Positions 26,666 through 36,516 of a stretch of DNA of 64,000 nucleotides are shown here, piece by piece. Positions within the stretch are counted from its first letter, which is position 1. Each line of letters starts with the position of its first letter. Made by a program: the position numbers and the translations under genes. The stretch is from an uncultured Nitrospiraceae bacterium. Its GTDB lineage: Bacteria; Nitrospirota; Nitrospiria; Nitrospirales; Nitrospiraceae. The notes beneath the pieces were generated by a model, which was not told where the DNA came from, searched no databases, and worked only from the letters and a program-made list of their open reading frames with translations. The stretch spans positions 704,001-768,000 of the forward strand of contig CAVPLT010000001.1 in NCBI GenBank assembly GCA_963706325.1. The letters are read 5' to 3'.

Positions 26666-29443
26666 TTAGGTGGTCGCTCGAGCCAGCACCGCTCGAATCG
26701 CATCGCGGTCGCGCTCACGAAACACAACGGCAATATGCAGTTGCTCCAGATATTGCTCTAGCGTCTTTCCGCCGAGATCGATCTTTCGTGAAGTGAAGAA
26801 GGCCCTCACGTCTCGCTCCAGTTCAGGAGTCGAGAGACCCACAATACCACCGCACATGCGCCGCAGGCCGCTCTTGGGAAACAGCCGATCCATGCGTTCC
26901 CAATTCGCCTTCACAAATTCCCAGGCTTTCTCGCGGATATACACATTATGCAGTAGGGCGCTGACGAGAAAGGGGGCGTCCTGAGTGCGGATTTCGTCCG
27001 TCAGGGTCTTGGCGAGAGTTCGCTCAAGGAGCTCGGGTGCTCGAAAAGTCGCGAGGGAAAAAAGGTACCGCCGCTCCTCTTGCGGCGTGGACGCTTTGCG
27101 GAAGCGGTCGAGGAACTCCTCATAGCGAGCCTGATCGCCCGTATACGCGAGAATGGAGACAAGGGCTGGAATCACATTGGGATCGATGTTTCGTGTGTGC
27201 TGCTGAAGTGCCGTATAGGCCTCTGCCGCCTGGGCTTGGATGCCCTCATCACGGCCCAAGGTCCCCAAGGCTCGAATGACGTCGCCTCGCAACTCTTTCA
27301 CCAGTTCGCGCTCATCGGCTCGGGGCGCCCAGCCAAGGTCTTGGAATGCCGGCGCCACACGGTTGCGTATGAAGGCAGCCAGCAAGGGCCGTTCCTTCTC
27401 TGTGAGCAAGTGATTCATCGTGGAAAACGACCCTAATATCACCGCCCAAACATGAGGATCTTTTTCGCCTTGGAAGTGTTGGGTCAAGGCTAGGTAGTCA
27501 GCGGGTGGCACCATGCCGGCTATAGTGGAAGCCCACGTATCGTTCAGCAGATTAAATCGCTCGACTGGTGCGAGGGCATGGAGGCCGGTCTGTTGCAGCT
27601 TGGCAAGCAAATCTGTGCTGTACCGAACACGGTAGAAGCCATGCCCATCCTCATTCGCCAACACTGAGGTCCAACCCTTGGGCAGAACCATGCGGGTCTC
27701 TTGGTCACTCAGTAGCACACGATGAGTTTCGATCCCCTGGGCTGTGGTGACGCGTAGTTGCATGGGAATGTGCCAGCGCTGCGCAGGTGCTCCAGGGGAC
27801 GTCGTCGAAGCATCCTCCGCATATGCGAACCGGTGCTGGGTGAGCGTCAGCGTGGAGGGAGAATCGGCCTGCAGTGTGACCAAAGGGTATCCGGGCGAAA
27901 AGATCCATTCGTTCATGAGCGCCGGAACATCCTGCTGCGCCGCCTGGCCCAGCGAGACCCAGAGATCTGTTGTTTCCGCGTTACCATAGGCGTGGGTCGT
28001 GAGATAGTGGCGGACGCCGTCTCGGAAAACTGTCGGACCGATATGCTGCTCCAGCATGCGTAGGACGGAAGCCCCCTTCTCGTAGGTCAGCACGTCGAAC
28101 ATCGCTTCGGCTTCCTTGGGCGCCCGAACGGGGAATTCAATCGGCCTGGTGCTGACAAGCCCATCCACCGACAAGGCAGCGGCGCGAGACACTCCAAAGG
28201 CGGTCCAGCGTTCCCATTCCGGTTTCCACGCATCGACGACCAGCATTTCCATGAACGTGGCGAAGGCTTCATTCAGCCAGAGTCCATTCCACCACGCCAT
28301 CGTTACGAGATCGCCGAACCACATGTGGGCATTTTCGTGGGCCACCACGTCTGCAATGCGTCCCTGTTCCGTATGGGTTGCAGTTCGTTGATCGATGAGC
28401 AAGGCGGTTTCCCGAAATGTAATCGCACCCAAGTTTTCCATCGCCCCGGACGCGAAATCGGGAATGGCAATCAGATCCAGTTTGTCGCCCGGGTAGGGGA
28501 TGCCGTAATAGGCAGCCAAGAAGTTCAGGGAATATACGGCGATGTCGTGACCGAATGCCGTGAGATGTTGTTTGCCCGGAACCGACCAGATGCGCACTGG
28601 TGTCCCATCTGCCAGGATCGGTGCAGTCGATTCAAGTCGACCGACGATGAAGGCCACCAGATACGTGGACATCTTCATAGACTCGGCGAATCGAAGGACT
28701 CGCTTCCCGCCTTCTTGCCGATCGTCTACGATCCGGGTATTCGAGATGGCCGTCAGTGCAGGATCGATCGCCAGGGTGACGGCAAAGACCGCTTTAAACT
28801 GAGGCTCGTCCCAGCAGGGGAAGGCGCGCCGCGCATCTGTCGCCTCAAATTGCGTGGCTGCCAAGTCATGTACGATGCCCTGCTCATCCCTGTAGTTGCT
28901 GCGATAGAAGCCGCGCAGCTTATCATTCAACGTCCCTCGAAAGGACAAGCTCAGCTTCCATTTTCCCGGTGGGACAACTGACGGAAAGCTGATGCGGCAT
29001 CGCTGGAGTTCTTCGTCCATATGCACCGTACCGTTGCGTGGCGACCCCTCTTCGCTTGATAAGATGGCGGACGACACCTCTAGCTCCGTGGCATTCAGCA
29101 CGATCTCAGCGGTGGGTTCGGCCACCGTCAGCGTCACGACCTCGTGGCCCGTAAATGAGTGGGAAGAGAGGTCGGGCTCGATTCGCATGTCGTAGTGAGT
29201 AGGAATGGTATGGCGTGGGAGTCGGTACGGATCGTGAGGCGTCGTTGATGATGACATGATGTTCTCTATGGGTCGTGTAGGGTTAGCGGTTAGGATTGTG
29301 TGGCTCCACGCTGCCGCTGCGAGGAGGGCTGGTTCGGTGATCGTCCAAGCGCCCAACCACACAGCAGCCTTGGTGATGAGGCGTGCGGTAAGCAAGGCCG
29401 TCTGCCGGCGTGACAGTGGAGAGCCGAGGCATTCGCCACTCAT
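26666..29443 (-). CDS. M1 family aminopeptidase (puromycin-sensitive type, ERAP1-like C-terminus)
   Basis: GAMEN, HENAH...NE and YEKG; start is either 29443 (overlaps the rpiA stop) or 29257. Confidence 0.93.
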   Translation of the reverse strand: MSGECLGSPLSRRQTALLTARLITKAAVWLGAWTITEPALLAAAAWSHTILTANPTRPIENIMSSSTTPHDPYRLPRHTIPTHYDMRIEPDLSSHSFTGHEVVTLTVAEPTAEIVLNATELEVSSAILSSEEGSPRNGTVHMDEELQRCRISFPSVVPPGKWKLSLSFRGTLNDKLRGFYRSNYRDEQGIVHDLAATQFEATDARRAFPCWDEPQFKAVFAVTLAIDPALTAISNTRIVDDRQEGGKRVLRFAESMKMSTYLVAFIVGRLESTAPILADGTPVRIWSVPGKQHLTAFGHDIAVYSLNFLAAYYGIPYPGDKLDLIAIPDFASGAMENLGAITFRETALLIDQRTATHTEQGRIADVVAHENAHMWFGDLVTMAWWNGLWLNEAFATFMEMLVVDAWKPEWERWTAFGVSRAAALSVDGLVSTRPIEFPVRAPKEAEAMFDVLTYEKGASVLRMLEQHIGPTVFRDGVRHYLTTHAYGNAETTDLWVSLGQAAQQDVPALMNEWIFSPGYPLVTLQADSPSTLTLTQHRFAYAEDASTTSPGAPAQRWHIPMQLRVTTAQGIETHRVLLSDQETRMVLPKGWTSVLANEDGHGFYRVRYSTDLLAKLQQTGLHALAPVERFNLLNDTWASTIAGMVPPADYLALTQHFQGEKDPHVWAVILGSFSTMNHLLTEKERPLLAAFIRNRVAPAFQDLGWAPRADERELVKELRGDVIRALGTLGRDEGIQAQAAEAYTALQQHTRNIDPNVIPALVSILAYTGDQARYEEFLDRFRKASTPQEERRYLFSLATFRAPELLERTLAKTLTDEIRTQDAPFLVSALLHNVYIREKAWEFVKANWERMDRLFPKSGLRRMCGGIVGLSTPELERDVRAFFTSRKIDLGGKTLEQYLEQLHIAVVFRERDRDAIRAVLARATT

Positions 29444-30141
29444 GACTCAGATGTAATTGTGACCTCGACGCCCTGCGCATGGCCGACGATCAAGATACTC
29501 GTTCGCCCGATAAACAAACCGGTTTCGACGATACCAGGAATTTGATTGAGCGCTATTTCAAGGCTGGCGGGGTCAACAATCGTCGGCATATGCAGGTCAA
29601 GGATCACGTGCCCCGCCTCGGTCTGAAAGACCTCTCCGTTGCGCTCGCGCAGGACCGCGGTTCCTCCTGATTCGCGTTCGATGTGGCGCGCAGTATTGCC
29701 CCATCCGAAGGGAACGACTTCAATCGGCAGGGGGAAACTGCCACCCAATGCCGGGACGAGTTTGGTGTGATCAACCATGACGACAAATTGTTTGGCTGCC
29801 GCAGCCACAATCTTTTCCTTCAGCAGCGCCCCTCCGCCTCCTTTCACCAGATTGAAGCGGGGATCGACTTGGTCGGCCCCGTCGATGGCGACATCGATCG
29901 TCCAGGCATTGTCGGATTCGACGAGGGGAATACCGGATTGTCTCGCCAGCGCGGCAGTATCGTGCGAGGTCGGTACGGCCTGGATCTTCAGTCCCATGCG
30001 CACGCGTTCACCAAGCGCCGTAATCAGGTGTTTCGCGGTCGTGCCGGTGCCAAGCCCGACGACCATGCCGTCGGTGACATAGTCGGTCGCTTTCAGCGCC
30101 GCCTGCCGCTTCTGGAAGTCGAGATCGGACTTGGGCGTCAT
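29440..30141 (-). CDS. rpiA: Ribose-5-phosphate isomerase A
   Basis: GLGTGTT, DGADQVD and KGGGGALLKEK. Confidence 0.95.
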   Translation of the reverse strand: MTPKSDLDFQKRQAALKATDYVTDGMVVGLGTGTTAKHLITALGERVRMGLKIQAVPTSHDTAALARQSGIPLVESDNAWTIDVAIDGADQVDPRFNLVKGGGGALLKEKIVAAAAKQFVVMVDHTKLVPALGGSFPLPIEVVPFGWGNTARHIERESGGTAVLRERNGEVFQTEAGHVILDLHMPTIVDPASLEIALNQIPGIVETGLFIGRTSILIVGHAQGVEVTITSES

Positions 30142-31229
30142 GATGGAATGGATAGTGCGAGTCGCGCGGCTACAGACGCCGCACCAAGCAGCGCGGTTTT
30201 GTCGTTCATCACGACTTTCACGGGAATCTGATTCATCAACCGTTTGTAACGGCCTTTGTTGGTGAAACCTCGCATGAAGGAGCCATCCTGCAGCTTTTTG
30301 AGGAGTTTCGGCGCAATGCCGCCGGCCACGTATACGCCGTCCAACGTCAGCCCCTTGAGTGCCAGATTGCCGGCCTCGGCGCCGTAAATCGACGCGAACA
30401 GGTCCAGGGCCTGTCTGGCGATCTCAGTTTGCCCATTGAGCCCTGCCTCGGCAATTTCAGCGGCTGGATCGCCCACCTTGATCTTTTCTGCCAGCCACGT
30501 CGGTTCATTTTTCTTGGTGTCACGCAAGTATTCATAGACCGCATGCAGGCCGGGGCCAGAGACGATGCGTTCATAGCTTACATGAAGATAGTTGCCGCGG
30601 AGATGCCGAAGCAGTTCAATCTCGCTATCACTGTTCGGCGCAAAGTCGACATGTCCGCCTTCCGAGGGCATGGGGCGATAGCGGGCGCCATCCCAGTAGA
30701 GAATGCATTCGCCGAGTCCGGTTCCTGCCGCGATAAGCGCCAAGGCTTGTTTTTTCTTGGGTGGAGCGCCGGCGTTCAGCACGACCACTTCATCGGGGCG
30801 TAGAAGGAGGATGCCATAGGCGGTGGCTTCCAAATCGTTAAGGAGCTGCACGTGGGCAATGTCGAACCGCTGTGCGAGCACACTTCCATCGACGACCCAG
30901 GGAAGATTGGTCGTGCGGCAGCGGTTATCGATCACTGGTCCGGCCACGCCGAAGCAGGCCGCCGTTAATGTGATCGGCTCGGGCGGCGGATTCGGCCTGT
31001 CCGTGAGCTCATCCTCACTCTTATTCTCGTCAGCCGCCTCATCTAGTGGCTCGCCTTCGGGGGAAGCCTTGGGTGGAAGGGTGCTGAGGAACTCTTCTAG
31101 GATTTCTTCTAGCGCTGCATAGTCCGCGCTATGAAAACTGTCGGCATGCACCGGTTCGATCCGATCGGTGATCCATTCGTAGATCGCCAGATTGGTTTTT
31201 GTGCCGCCGATATCGCCTGCCAGAATCAT
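30138..31229 (-). CDS. glk: Glucokinase
   Basis: GDIGGT, GVAGPV, LLNDLEA, GTGLG, SEGGH and GGIAPK. Confidence 0.95.
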   Translation of the reverse strand: MILAGDIGGTKTNLAIYEWITDRIEPVHADSFHSADYAALEEILEEFLSTLPPKASPEGEPLDEAADENKSEDELTDRPNPPPEPITLTAACFGVAGPVIDNRCRTTNLPWVVDGSVLAQRFDIAHVQLLNDLEATAYGILLLRPDEVVVLNAGAPPKKKQALALIAAGTGLGECILYWDGARYRPMPSEGGHVDFAPNSDSEIELLRHLRGNYLHVSYERIVSGPGLHAVYEYLRDTKKNEPTWLAEKIKVGDPAAEIAEAGLNGQTEIARQALDLFASIYGAEAGNLALKGLTLDGVYVAGGIAPKLLKKLQDGSFMRGFTNKGRYKRLMNQIPVKVVMNDKTALLGAASVAARLALSIPS

Positions 31230-31239
31230 GGCCCCCTCA

Positions 31240-32025
31240 TCACGATGGGAAATCGTGCACGGATGTAGACAACTCAGCTGCGGCGGCTTGATCCAGATAC
31301 CACAGTAAGCGTCCGCATTCCGGCTGGACTAATTCCGCGGGATAGAGAACGGGATCTGTTGGTTGCCGTTCAATCACGCGCTGTAGGATATGCGCTTTAT
31401 TGGAGCCGGTGACGAGAAACAGTATCACACTCGCATGATTGATCACACCTAGTGTCAACGTCAGTCGTGGTTGCGGGGCTTGCGGCGCGACGCTCGGTAC
31501 TACCCAACGTGTACGTTCTGTCAGGGATGCCGTGCCGGGAAACAGTGATGCGGTGTGACCATCCTCGCCCATTCCAAGCAATATGAGATCCAATATCGGC
31601 CATTGTCCTCGTGCCGTGGAGGTCAGACGACGGAGGGTGTCCTCATACTGCGCAGCTGCCGTTTCAGGCTGGTCTTCCCCTCGCATCCGATGGATTTGCG
31701 CGGGAGAGATGCGTAACGGGGAGAATAATACCTCATTGACCATGGCGTAGTTACTGTCAGGATGTGAAGGGGAGACGCCACGCTCATCCCCGAACAGAAA
31801 GTGTACTTTGCTCCAGTCCAACCGTCGTGCAAAGCTCGGCTTCGCCAAAAGTGAATAGAGTGCTTTGGGGGTTGAACCTCCCGATAGGGCAATTAAAAAA
31901 CGTCCCTGTCCCACAATCGCCTGTTCGCCAGACCGCAGAACGAAATCTGCCGCTTTTTTGGCCAGCTCCTGGGGGTCCGGGAAAATGTGTAGTTCCGGAG
32001 TGCGCGACATATCAACGGTGGGCAC
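31240..32025 (-). CDS. pgl: 6-phosphogluconolactonase
   Basis: LSGGSTP, GDER and GMGEDGHTASLFP; start may be 32010. Confidence 0.93.
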   Translation of the reverse strand: MPTVDMSRTPELHIFPDPQELAKKAADFVLRSGEQAIVGQGRFLIALSGGSTPKALYSLLAKPSFARRLDWSKVHFLFGDERGVSPSHPDSNYAMVNEVLFSPLRISPAQIHRMRGEDQPETAAAQYEDTLRRLTSTARGQWPILDLILLGMGEDGHTASLFPGTASLTERTRWVVPSVAPQAPQPRLTLTLGVINHASVILFLVTGSNKAHILQRVIERQPTDPVLYPAELVQPECGRLLWYLDQAAAAELSTSVHDFPS

Positions 32026-33715
32026 GGTGTTTGAGTGCTGGCCGTTTTTTCGGCGCGGGCTTACGACTGCCGGCCTTGGTAGGAGTAAGCAGCGTGACCA
32101 GACTTCGAATCGTGCTCACGGGATCTCGTCCCAGCGCGATCTGAGACACTGGACGTTGGTGCGTGTGTAGTGATTGGAGGTCGCCGATGGCTTGGGCTTG
32201 GGCTAATGTGCCGAACGAATAGAATTTCCCAGGGACCGGCAGATCGGGCTTCATCGCATCGACTAATTCGAGGAAGAGCCCGCTGTTTGGGCCCCCTTTA
32301 TGTAGCTGCCCCGTGGAATGTAAATAGCGAGGGCCATAACCTGCCGTAGTGGCGAGGTGGTGCCGGAGCATGACCGCCTTCCGCAGGGCCCTGAGAGCGG
32401 CTTCGATTTGAGGTGATGGAGTCGTGTACGCCAAAATCGACAGATAGCGATTCGGTGCCGCTTGTTCGAGCAACTGCGTCAAAGCCTGTTTGGGTGTGAA
32501 TGTCGCTACCGGAGGTAAGGTTCCATGCGTTTGCACTTCTTTGAGGACCCGACCGGTATTGTCTTTGCTCTCTTGCACATTGGGTTGATCGAAGGGATGG
32601 ATGCCGAGCGTATGTCCCGCAATGGCAGTCGCAAACTCCCAGCGGAAGAATTCGCCTCCGAGATCGTAACGATCGGCCAGGTCCAGGCGAAGGACAGGAT
32701 GTCCGGCGCGTTGCAGGGCAGTTGCAGACCGATCCATCGACGTATTGCGATCGCCTTTCAAGCGAAGGTACACAAACACTCGGTCTGCTCCGTAGACTTT
32801 GGGCGTCGCGAGGGGCTCACCTGCTATGGGAATCAGGCCGGTCCCTTCCTTGCCTGTACTTTCAGCCAGTAGTTGCTCCACCCACAGTCCGAAGGAGTTG
32901 ATCGCCGGAGACGTGATGAGTGTCAGCTTGTCCCGACCGGCTCGGACCATGGTTCCCATCATGGCGCCAAGCGCTGCCCCAGGATTTTGCTTCACTGGCG
33001 ATGGTTTTCGGCAAGCTTCCCGCATCGCGAGGGCCCTTGCGAGGAGTTTGCCCACGTCCAGGCCGAGCAGGGCGGCAGGAACTAAACCAAAGTATGACAG
33101 GACGGAGTATCGTCCGCCGATATCTGACGGATTGGTGAAGGTACGCGAGAATCCTCGATCGCGCGCAAGCTGTTCGAGCCCGGTCCCGAGATCCGTAATG
33201 GCCACAAACTGAGCGCCGCCGCGATTGCCTTTGGTGCGCTGTACGAGCTCCCCAAAATGGGCGAAGAGAGACATCACTTCGATCGTTCCACCCGATTTGC
33301 TCGCGACGAGGAACAGTGTCCGAGCCGGCTGAATGGCTGTGGTGACATGGCGCACCCAGCCCGGTACGGTTGAATCCAGCACCCAGAGCCGAGGTGAGCC
33401 TTTTGATGAGCCAAAGGTGCAGCGAAGGACTTCAGGCCCCAGGCTGCTTCCTCCCATTCCCAAAAGAACGACGTCGGTAGTATTGGCCTCGCGGGATGCT
33501 TGCGCAAAAGAGCGGAGGTCAGCCAGTCCGTCATGCATATGATCGAGAACGGTCAGCCAACCGAGCCGGTTTTCGATCTCCGTCGGATCGGGCTTCCAGA
33601 GGGTATGGTCCCTTGTCCAAATACGCTCGATGGCATGGCTGTTCGCGAGGTCATCGAGCGTGCGACGGATGCCATCGTCGTCTAAAATTTGCGATGCATT
33701 GAGGTGGGTTGGCAT
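32012..33715 (-). CDS. pgi: Glucose-6-phosphate isomerase (type found as the C-terminal half of Tal-Pgi fusions)
   Basis: GMGGSSLG, SKSGGT, GGRYS, EQLLAESTGK and FDQPNVQESK. Confidence 0.9.
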   Translation of the reverse strand: MPTHLNASQILDDDGIRRTLDDLANSHAIERIWTRDHTLWKPDPTEIENRLGWLTVLDHMHDGLADLRSFAQASREANTTDVVLLGMGGSSLGPEVLRCTFGSSKGSPRLWVLDSTVPGWVRHVTTAIQPARTLFLVASKSGGTIEVMSLFAHFGELVQRTKGNRGGAQFVAITDLGTGLEQLARDRGFSRTFTNPSDIGGRYSVLSYFGLVPAALLGLDVGKLLARALAMREACRKPSPVKQNPGAALGAMMGTMVRAGRDKLTLITSPAINSFGLWVEQLLAESTGKEGTGLIPIAGEPLATPKVYGADRVFVYLRLKGDRNTSMDRSATALQRAGHPVLRLDLADRYDLGGEFFRWEFATAIAGHTLGIHPFDQPNVQESKDNTGRVLKEVQTHGTLPPVATFTPKQALTQLLEQAAPNRYLSILAYTTPSPQIEAALRALRKAVMLRHHLATTAGYGPRYLHSTGQLHKGGPNSGLFLELVDAMKPDLPVPGKFYSFGTLAQAQAIGDLQSLHTHQRPVSQIALGRDPVSTIRSLVTLLTPTKAGSRKPAPKKRPALKHRAHR

Positions 33716-33895
33716 AGCACGCTATCATCCATTGGTGGAGGAACGAATCGATGCATCTGGTGCGATCCGTATCTTAGGTTCGCGAATTCGAAAAGGCAAA
33801 TAGGCGAAAGTTGAAAGCTGTGCCGGGAATGAAGAGGGGGGACGGTCTTTACAATCGGGCGAATGGGTCGCAGGGTTGCAAGAAAGCTTGTATGC

Positions 33896-35047
33896 TCAGG
33901 TTTCTTCTTCCTGATCACCTAAGTCGACCAATACCAGAGAAATCGAATTGTGCGATTCCAGTGCGCCCACGATCGTGACCGGCGTGCCGACTGACACCTG
34001 ATCAAATAACTTGGCAATGTGAGGGTTGTCCAGGAGGACGCTTCCGAACGGTTGGTCCGTAATGCCTTGGGCTGTGCCATGCAGCTGGATAAGACCCGGC
34101 ATGGGTTGGCTTCGGGGAATTAACCCTGACTTCTGCGCTTCCTCGAAGCGTCGGCGATCGTCAGCATTGGGATAATCGAGCAGAAGCGCGCGGAAGTAAG
34201 GTGTTTGTCCAGATCCTCGCTTACGATGGATGCGATATTCGCCTTCCGGGGTCGCACCGTCCCCATAATGCTGCTTGGCTCGAATTCCTCTCGAACCCAG
34301 TCGAATCGGATAAGTCAAAACCTTTCGACCATTCTTGTAGAGTGAGAGAACCCGGTCGGCTTTGCTGATGACGATTGATTGTGCCCGATGGCTCTTGGAC
34401 CAATCGATGGTTCGTTGGGCGGACTCTCTCCACGCGGCAATGAGGTCGGCATCCGCATAACGTCCCAATTCATTGGTGAGCAATGTAGTCTGTGTGAGAA
34501 GAATTTCCCCGGCCCGGTCTGAAGCCCGAACTGCCTGCTCAAACTGCCCCTGTTCCAAGAATAGGCGGGCTTGTCTCACGAGCAATTCCGTTTCGACAGG
34601 ATGTTCACCGAGCATCACCCGGCTGCCAATATCCCCCACACGGGTATTCAATAATCGCAGTTTTTGTTCCACCTTGGCCAACTTCGACTCGACGGAGGCG
34701 CGTTGCGCCTGCAGACGTGTGTTCACGTCTGCGACAAGCTCGGTCCCTTCCACCTGAAGCGATTCCAACTCCGTTTCAAGCTCATTGTCCTCCCAGGGCC
34801 AACGAACGATATTCTCTTCGGATTGCACGCGCGTGCGTAATGCAATCCATTGGCGATTGAATTTCGTGTACCCCTCGGGACTGATGTCTGCGGCTCGTAG
34901 CGTCACCAGGTCACGATCGAGGCTTTCGATGGCCTCAACCAGTTCGTCGGGAACCGTTTCGACGCAGCCGCCCAGGCTCGTTAACAGGATTCCGGCGAGA
35001 GCCAGTTCCGTGAGAGTGAGGCATAGTGGATTCACATGTCGCGTCAT
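33896..35047 (-). CDS. L,D-transpeptidase (YkuD) family lipoprotein with coiled-coil N-terminus; catalytic Cys replaced by Ser
   Basis: Lipobox LGGC; GDGATPEGEY, LLDYPN and IQLHG...FGSVLL...GTPVTI. Confidence 0.85.
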   Translation of the reverse strand: MTRHVNPLCLTLTELALAGILLTSLGGCVETVPDELVEAIESLDRDLVTLRAADISPEGYTKFNRQWIALRTRVQSEENIVRWPWEDNELETELESLQVEGTELVADVNTRLQAQRASVESKLAKVEQKLRLLNTRVGDIGSRVMLGEHPVETELLVRQARLFLEQGQFEQAVRASDRAGEILLTQTTLLTNELGRYADADLIAAWRESAQRTIDWSKSHRAQSIVISKADRVLSLYKNGRKVLTYPIRLGSRGIRAKQHYGDGATPEGEYRIHRKRGSGQTPYFRALLLDYPNADDRRRFEEAQKSGLIPRSQPMPGLIQLHGTAQGITDQPFGSVLLDNPHIAKLFDQVSVGTPVTIVGALESHNSISLVLVDLGDQEEET

Positions 35048-35488
35048 GATCGTATTCTATCGTGCAGAGCGGCAGTTGAGCGAGCTCTTCTCGTCTTTTT
35101 GAGCCATAGGCTGCGTGATGCTAGAGACTTGCTATGCATAGGGTACGAATTGAAATATCTATCCTCATCGTTCTCACAAGATTTCACGCGAGGCAGAATC
35201 TTGGCCCTCAATGCCAGTCATGGCTAACGCAATGTGGGTGCCAGCGGTGTGACCAGAGTGTTGTATGGATATTTCTTTGGAGAACAATCGTTTAGATTGG
35301 ATGACACGTTGCGTCAGCGCTGTCCTCCTGTGGCATGTTTGTCACGATGGGGGCAAGAGCGCCTCAAAACATCTCGGTGAAATGCAGGTATTAACCGTTA
35401 GGTTCGCTACATCCAAGTGAAAATAATCTTGTGCTCGTTGGGGTGTTCGGTACGGGCAATTTGTCGGTTGCCCAAGGGCTGGGGTTGA

Positions 35489-35517
35489 TTGACACCCTGC
35501 GTTTACGCCCCTATAAT
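35489..35517 (+). promoter_or_regulatory. Consensus sigma70 promoter of the rpmH operon
   Basis: TTGACA-17-TATAAT, perfect consensus. Confidence 0.9.
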
Positions 35518-35561
35518 GCGGCCTCTTCGTTGAAAATTGATCTTTCGAGAAGGAGTGCGCA

Positions 35562-35699
35562 ATGTCGTTCACTTTTAAACAGCCCTCGAATCTCAAGCGC
35601 AAGCGGGAGCATGGATTTCGGAAGCGCATGAGCACCAAGAATGGGCGAAAAGTTATCGCTCGTCGCAGGGCCAAAGGCCGCGCTCGCCTCACTGTCTGA
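35562..35699 (+). CDS. rpmH: 50S ribosomal protein L34 (not in the ORF track)
   Basis: Translates to [53 protein letters not shown]. Confidence 0.97.
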   Translation: MSFTFKQPSNLKRKREHGFRKRMSTKNGRKVIARRRAKGRARLTV

Positions 35700-35895
35700 T
35701 TTTCCCTGCCGCTACGCAGTCTGCATGTAGGCGAACATCCAGGTGCTGGATGATAGCCCAGGGGTAGATACCGTCACATCGTCCTGACTGTAGCGGATGT
35801 TATGGCGCGACAGGGCCTTGAGTGGCGTAAGTCAGGCCTTGCACGAGGTCCTCGATTTTTCTGGGGCAGCCTAGCCCTAGTGACAGGCAGGCGGG

Positions 35896-36264
35896 TTGTT
35901 GATGGGGCAAGGGCGGGTGCCGTTCTTTTTGAAGCGTAGCCGTGATATCCAGCACATCAAAAAGATGGGGCGACGAGTTTCCACTGGGCTGTTCAATCTC
36001 CAGGTTTGTCCAGATATATCCCAGAATGCCATGATGGGGATTGTGATTGGGCGGCGGTTCGGCACAGCAGTTTGTCGGAATCGCGCGAAGCGCCTCTTTC
36101 GTGAGCTGGGTCGTTCGATCCGCCCAGCGTTAAGCCCGGGGTACGCATTTCTTGTATTTCCAAAACGAGAGTGTTTGGACCTTCCGTTTGCGGAGCTGCA
36201 GAAGATATGGCGAAGCACACTACAAAGGCAGCGGTTAGCCCGTGTTGTGGAACCTGCGTGTTGA
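35896..36264 (+). CDS. rnpA: Ribonuclease P protein component
   Basis: [11 protein letters not shown] (RNR motif); synteny; start 35896 or 35902. Confidence 0.9.
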   Translation: MLMGQGRVPFFLKRSRDIQHIKKMGRRVSTGLFNLQVCPDISQNAMMGIVIGRRFGTAVCRNRAKRLFRELGRSIRPALSPGYAFLVFPKRECLDLPFAELQKIWRSTLQRQRLARVVEPAC

Positions 36265-36470
36265 GGCGACTCTGCATCGTGCTCTTGATGGTCTACCGAG
36301 CCTGCGTGTCACCGTTGCTGGGACCTGGATGCCGATTCCATCCCACCTGTTCCATGTATGCGCAAGATGCCATAGAGCGGCATGGAGTGGTTAGGGGGAT
36401 CATGCTGTCAGGGTGGCGTCTTCTGAAATGTCATCCCTTCCACCCCGGCGGGTTTGACCCAGTACGGTAA
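36258..36470 (+). CDS. yidD: Membrane protein insertion efficiency factor
   Basis: [10 protein letters not shown] and [16 protein letters not shown]. Confidence 0.92.
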   Translation: MLRRLCIVLLMVYRACVSPLLGPGCRFHPTCSMYAQDAIERHGVVRGIMLSGWRLLKCHPFHPGGFDPVR

Positions 36471-36516
36471 CAGACGTGGCAACAACTTCTTCGCTTCCAT
36501 CCAACACGTAGGCTCC

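Noticed and set aside
35342..35692. 116-aa minus-strand ORF
   Set aside because: Antisense shadow of rpmH
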